This document shows positions 62,416 through 64,000 of a stretch of DNA of 64,000 bases, one piece after another (the stretch's first letter is position 1; every line of letters begins with the position of its first letter). The translations under genes were made by a program, and so were the position numbers. The notes beneath the pieces were generated by a model. That model made no database searches and was not told the origin of the DNA. It saw only the letters and a list, made by a program, of their open reading frames with translations. This DNA is from an uncultured delta proteobacterium (GTDB lineage: Bacteria; Desulfobacterota; Binatia; Binatales; Binataceae): positions 1,504,001 to 1,568,000 of the forward strand of contig CAWJET010000001.1 of NCBI GenBank assembly GCA_963842085.1, read 5' to 3'.

Positions 62416-64000
62416 ATGCGTTTCGTGTCGTTCACGCGGTCAATCGCCGGGTTTAGTTTCGCATTGTTCCTGCTGTCCGCGTTTGCGCTGTTGATCTTGA
62501 TGGGCGGCGTCGTGACCGTCGCCTCTGCTCAAACCGGCGAAAGCTCAACGCCATCGGCGAAAGCCACCAAGAAAGCAAAAGCCCTTACGGTTTCGCCCAA
62601 GAAGCTTAACTTTGGTGAGCTTGCGCCCCTAAAGCCGAGCGCGCCCGCGACCGTAACGATTCACAATCCAAATTCAATTGCGATCGAGATCAGTTCGATA
62701 GATCCACAAGACCCGGAGTTCGTCCCCTCAGGCAACTGCGTGCGAAGCCTGGCAGCGGATGGCAACTGCGCCGTGTCGATCGTCTTCACGGCGTCATCCA
62801 ACGGCAAGAAATCGGCAAAGCTGACGATCGTCAACGGCGCCAGTAGCAAATCGCTCAGCGTTAGCATGACCGGCGAAGGCATCGGCACACCGATGCCGAG
62901 TCCAACCGCGACCGCCACGGCAACACCGACGGCGACCCCAACCGCGACAGCAAGTAGCGACCCGACCGCGACGGGCAGCGCGACACCGACCGCTACGGCG
63001 ACGCCAGTTTCCGGCGCGATCGTACTACCCATCGAAGTGATCGGTCCGCAGGGCGAGACGGGAACGCGAAGCTTCACGCTGACCTCGGCGCAAGCCAACA
63101 GCGCGGTGACGTTCTGGCTTCAGGGTAACCATCTGGGCTACGTACCCTCGCTGCAGAAGTTGCCGCCAGGTAAGGCCAGTATCTCGCTCAATGGCGGGCC
63201 GTGGCTGGCGCTCACGAACGAAACCGTGACGGTGCTGCCGCCAGGGGCAAATTACGAAGGTATCGATGGCGGCCTATTCGACACGGTCAAGGTCACCATC
63301 CCGATAAGCACGCTCGGATCGGTGGTTGCCGGCACGAACACGGTCAGCTTTAGGATGAACCAGACCGATGGTGTCACAACTGGCTTTCGAATTATCGCAT
63401 TCAACCTGCTTGCCTCGGACGGTTCGCAGATCATGCCGGCGGACCAGTTCGCCAATGACGACCCGAGTCTTTGGACGGCGCCGCTCAACGATTCCGCCGA
63501 CATCAGCGCGGGTCAAACGCTCTGGCATACCGCGACCCTCGCGCAATCGTCTTTGACGACCTCGACGATTAAGGCACACTGCGCCGATTGTCATGCCCAA
63601 GATGGGCGCGACCTGAAGTATTTCAATTACTCGAATTATTCAATTATTCAGCGCAGCCAATTCCACGGCCTGAGCCAGCTTCAGGGTGAGCAGATCGCGA
63701 GCTATATCCGCTCGGGCATCCCGAATGCGCCGGCGTTTTCCAGCTATGCACGGCCGTGGAACCCGCCCTATCAGCCTGGGCCGGGGTTGAACTCGCATTC
63801 GATCGCTGACTGGTCGGCTGGGGCTGGCATCCAATGGGTGCTGGACGATGATACACAAACACTCAACTATATATTCCCCAATGGGTATACCCCCGCGGCG
63901 ATACCAGCCACCGGCGCCATAGATAAGCGCGAAATTCCGGTGTTTCTGCCGATGCCAAGCTGGAATCAATGGCTGCCGACGGTCTCGCCGATGGATGCAT
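62416..64000 (+). CDS. Secreted modular protein: Ig-like (ASH/choice-of-anchor D) domain, PT/TA linker and c-type heme domain (runs off the window; absent from the ORF track)
   Basis: Manual translation: signal peptide MRFVSF...ASA; LTVSPKKLNFG...C..C.VSIVF; (PTAT)n linker; LPIEVIGP; CADCH at 63580-63594 followed by AQDGRDLKYFNYSN; RPWNPPYQPGPGL. Confidence 0.85.
   Translation, partial: MRFVSFTRSIAGFSFALFLLSAFALLILMGGVVTVASAQTGESSTPSAKATKKAKALTVSPKKLNFGELAPLKPSAPATVTIHNPNSIAIEISSIDPQDPEFVPSGNCVRSLAADGNCAVSIVFTASSNGKKSAKLTIVNGASSKSLSVSMTGEGIGTPMPSPTATATATPTATPTATASSDPTATGSATPTATATPVSGAIVLPIEVIGPQGETGTRSFTLTSAQANSAVTFWLQGNHLGYVPSLQKLPPGKASISLNGGPWLALTNETVTVLPPGANYEGIDGGLFDTVKVTIPISTLGSVVAGTNTVSFRMNQTDGVTTGFRIIAFNLLASDGSQIMPADQFANDDPSLWTAPLNDSADISAGQTLWHTATLAQSSLTTSTIKAHCADCHAQDGRDLKYFNYSNYSIIQRSQFHGLSQLQGEQIASYIRSGIPNAPAFSSYARPWNPPYQPGPGLNSHSIADWSAGAGIQWVLDDDTQTLNYIFPNGYTPAAIPATGAIDKREIPVFLPMPSWNQWLPTVSPMDA

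Overview
High-GC bacterial DNA; gene style and content suggest Ca. Binatota or a related deltaproteobacterial-like lineage (inference). About 1-38.6 kb is mostly core or housekeeping sequence: proS, SIMPL, peroxiredoxin, VIT1, a peptide ABC transporter without ATPase, Phd-VapC, a hotdog-fold pair, alkA, pyrF, dprA-topA-[ECF42/YciI]-trmFO-HU, three GT-C glycosyltransferases, tandem Zn-alcohol dehydrogenases, metH and gmd. This part is interrupted by one intact IS1595 element carrying passenger genes. From about 38.7 kb to the end is a visibly more AT-mixed accessory region. It holds two IS3-family elements, a metY-metA-PLP decarboxylase / carrier protein / acyl-CoA dehydrogenase cluster, phage-satellite-like remnants, two diverged copies of an alpha/beta-hydrolase 5' end, a PemK/MazF TA pair, a PQQ-type beta-propeller and a TonB-dependent receptor. 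The receptor is followed by an unannotated 49-aa PqqA-like precursor peptide and then a secreted CxxCH protein that runs off the window. The best leads are the orphan pqqA behind the TonB receptor, the carrier-protein/homoserine cluster lacking its ligase, the IS1595 passenger pair and the duplicated hydrolase 5' ends. No rRNA, tRNA or CRISPR array was seen.
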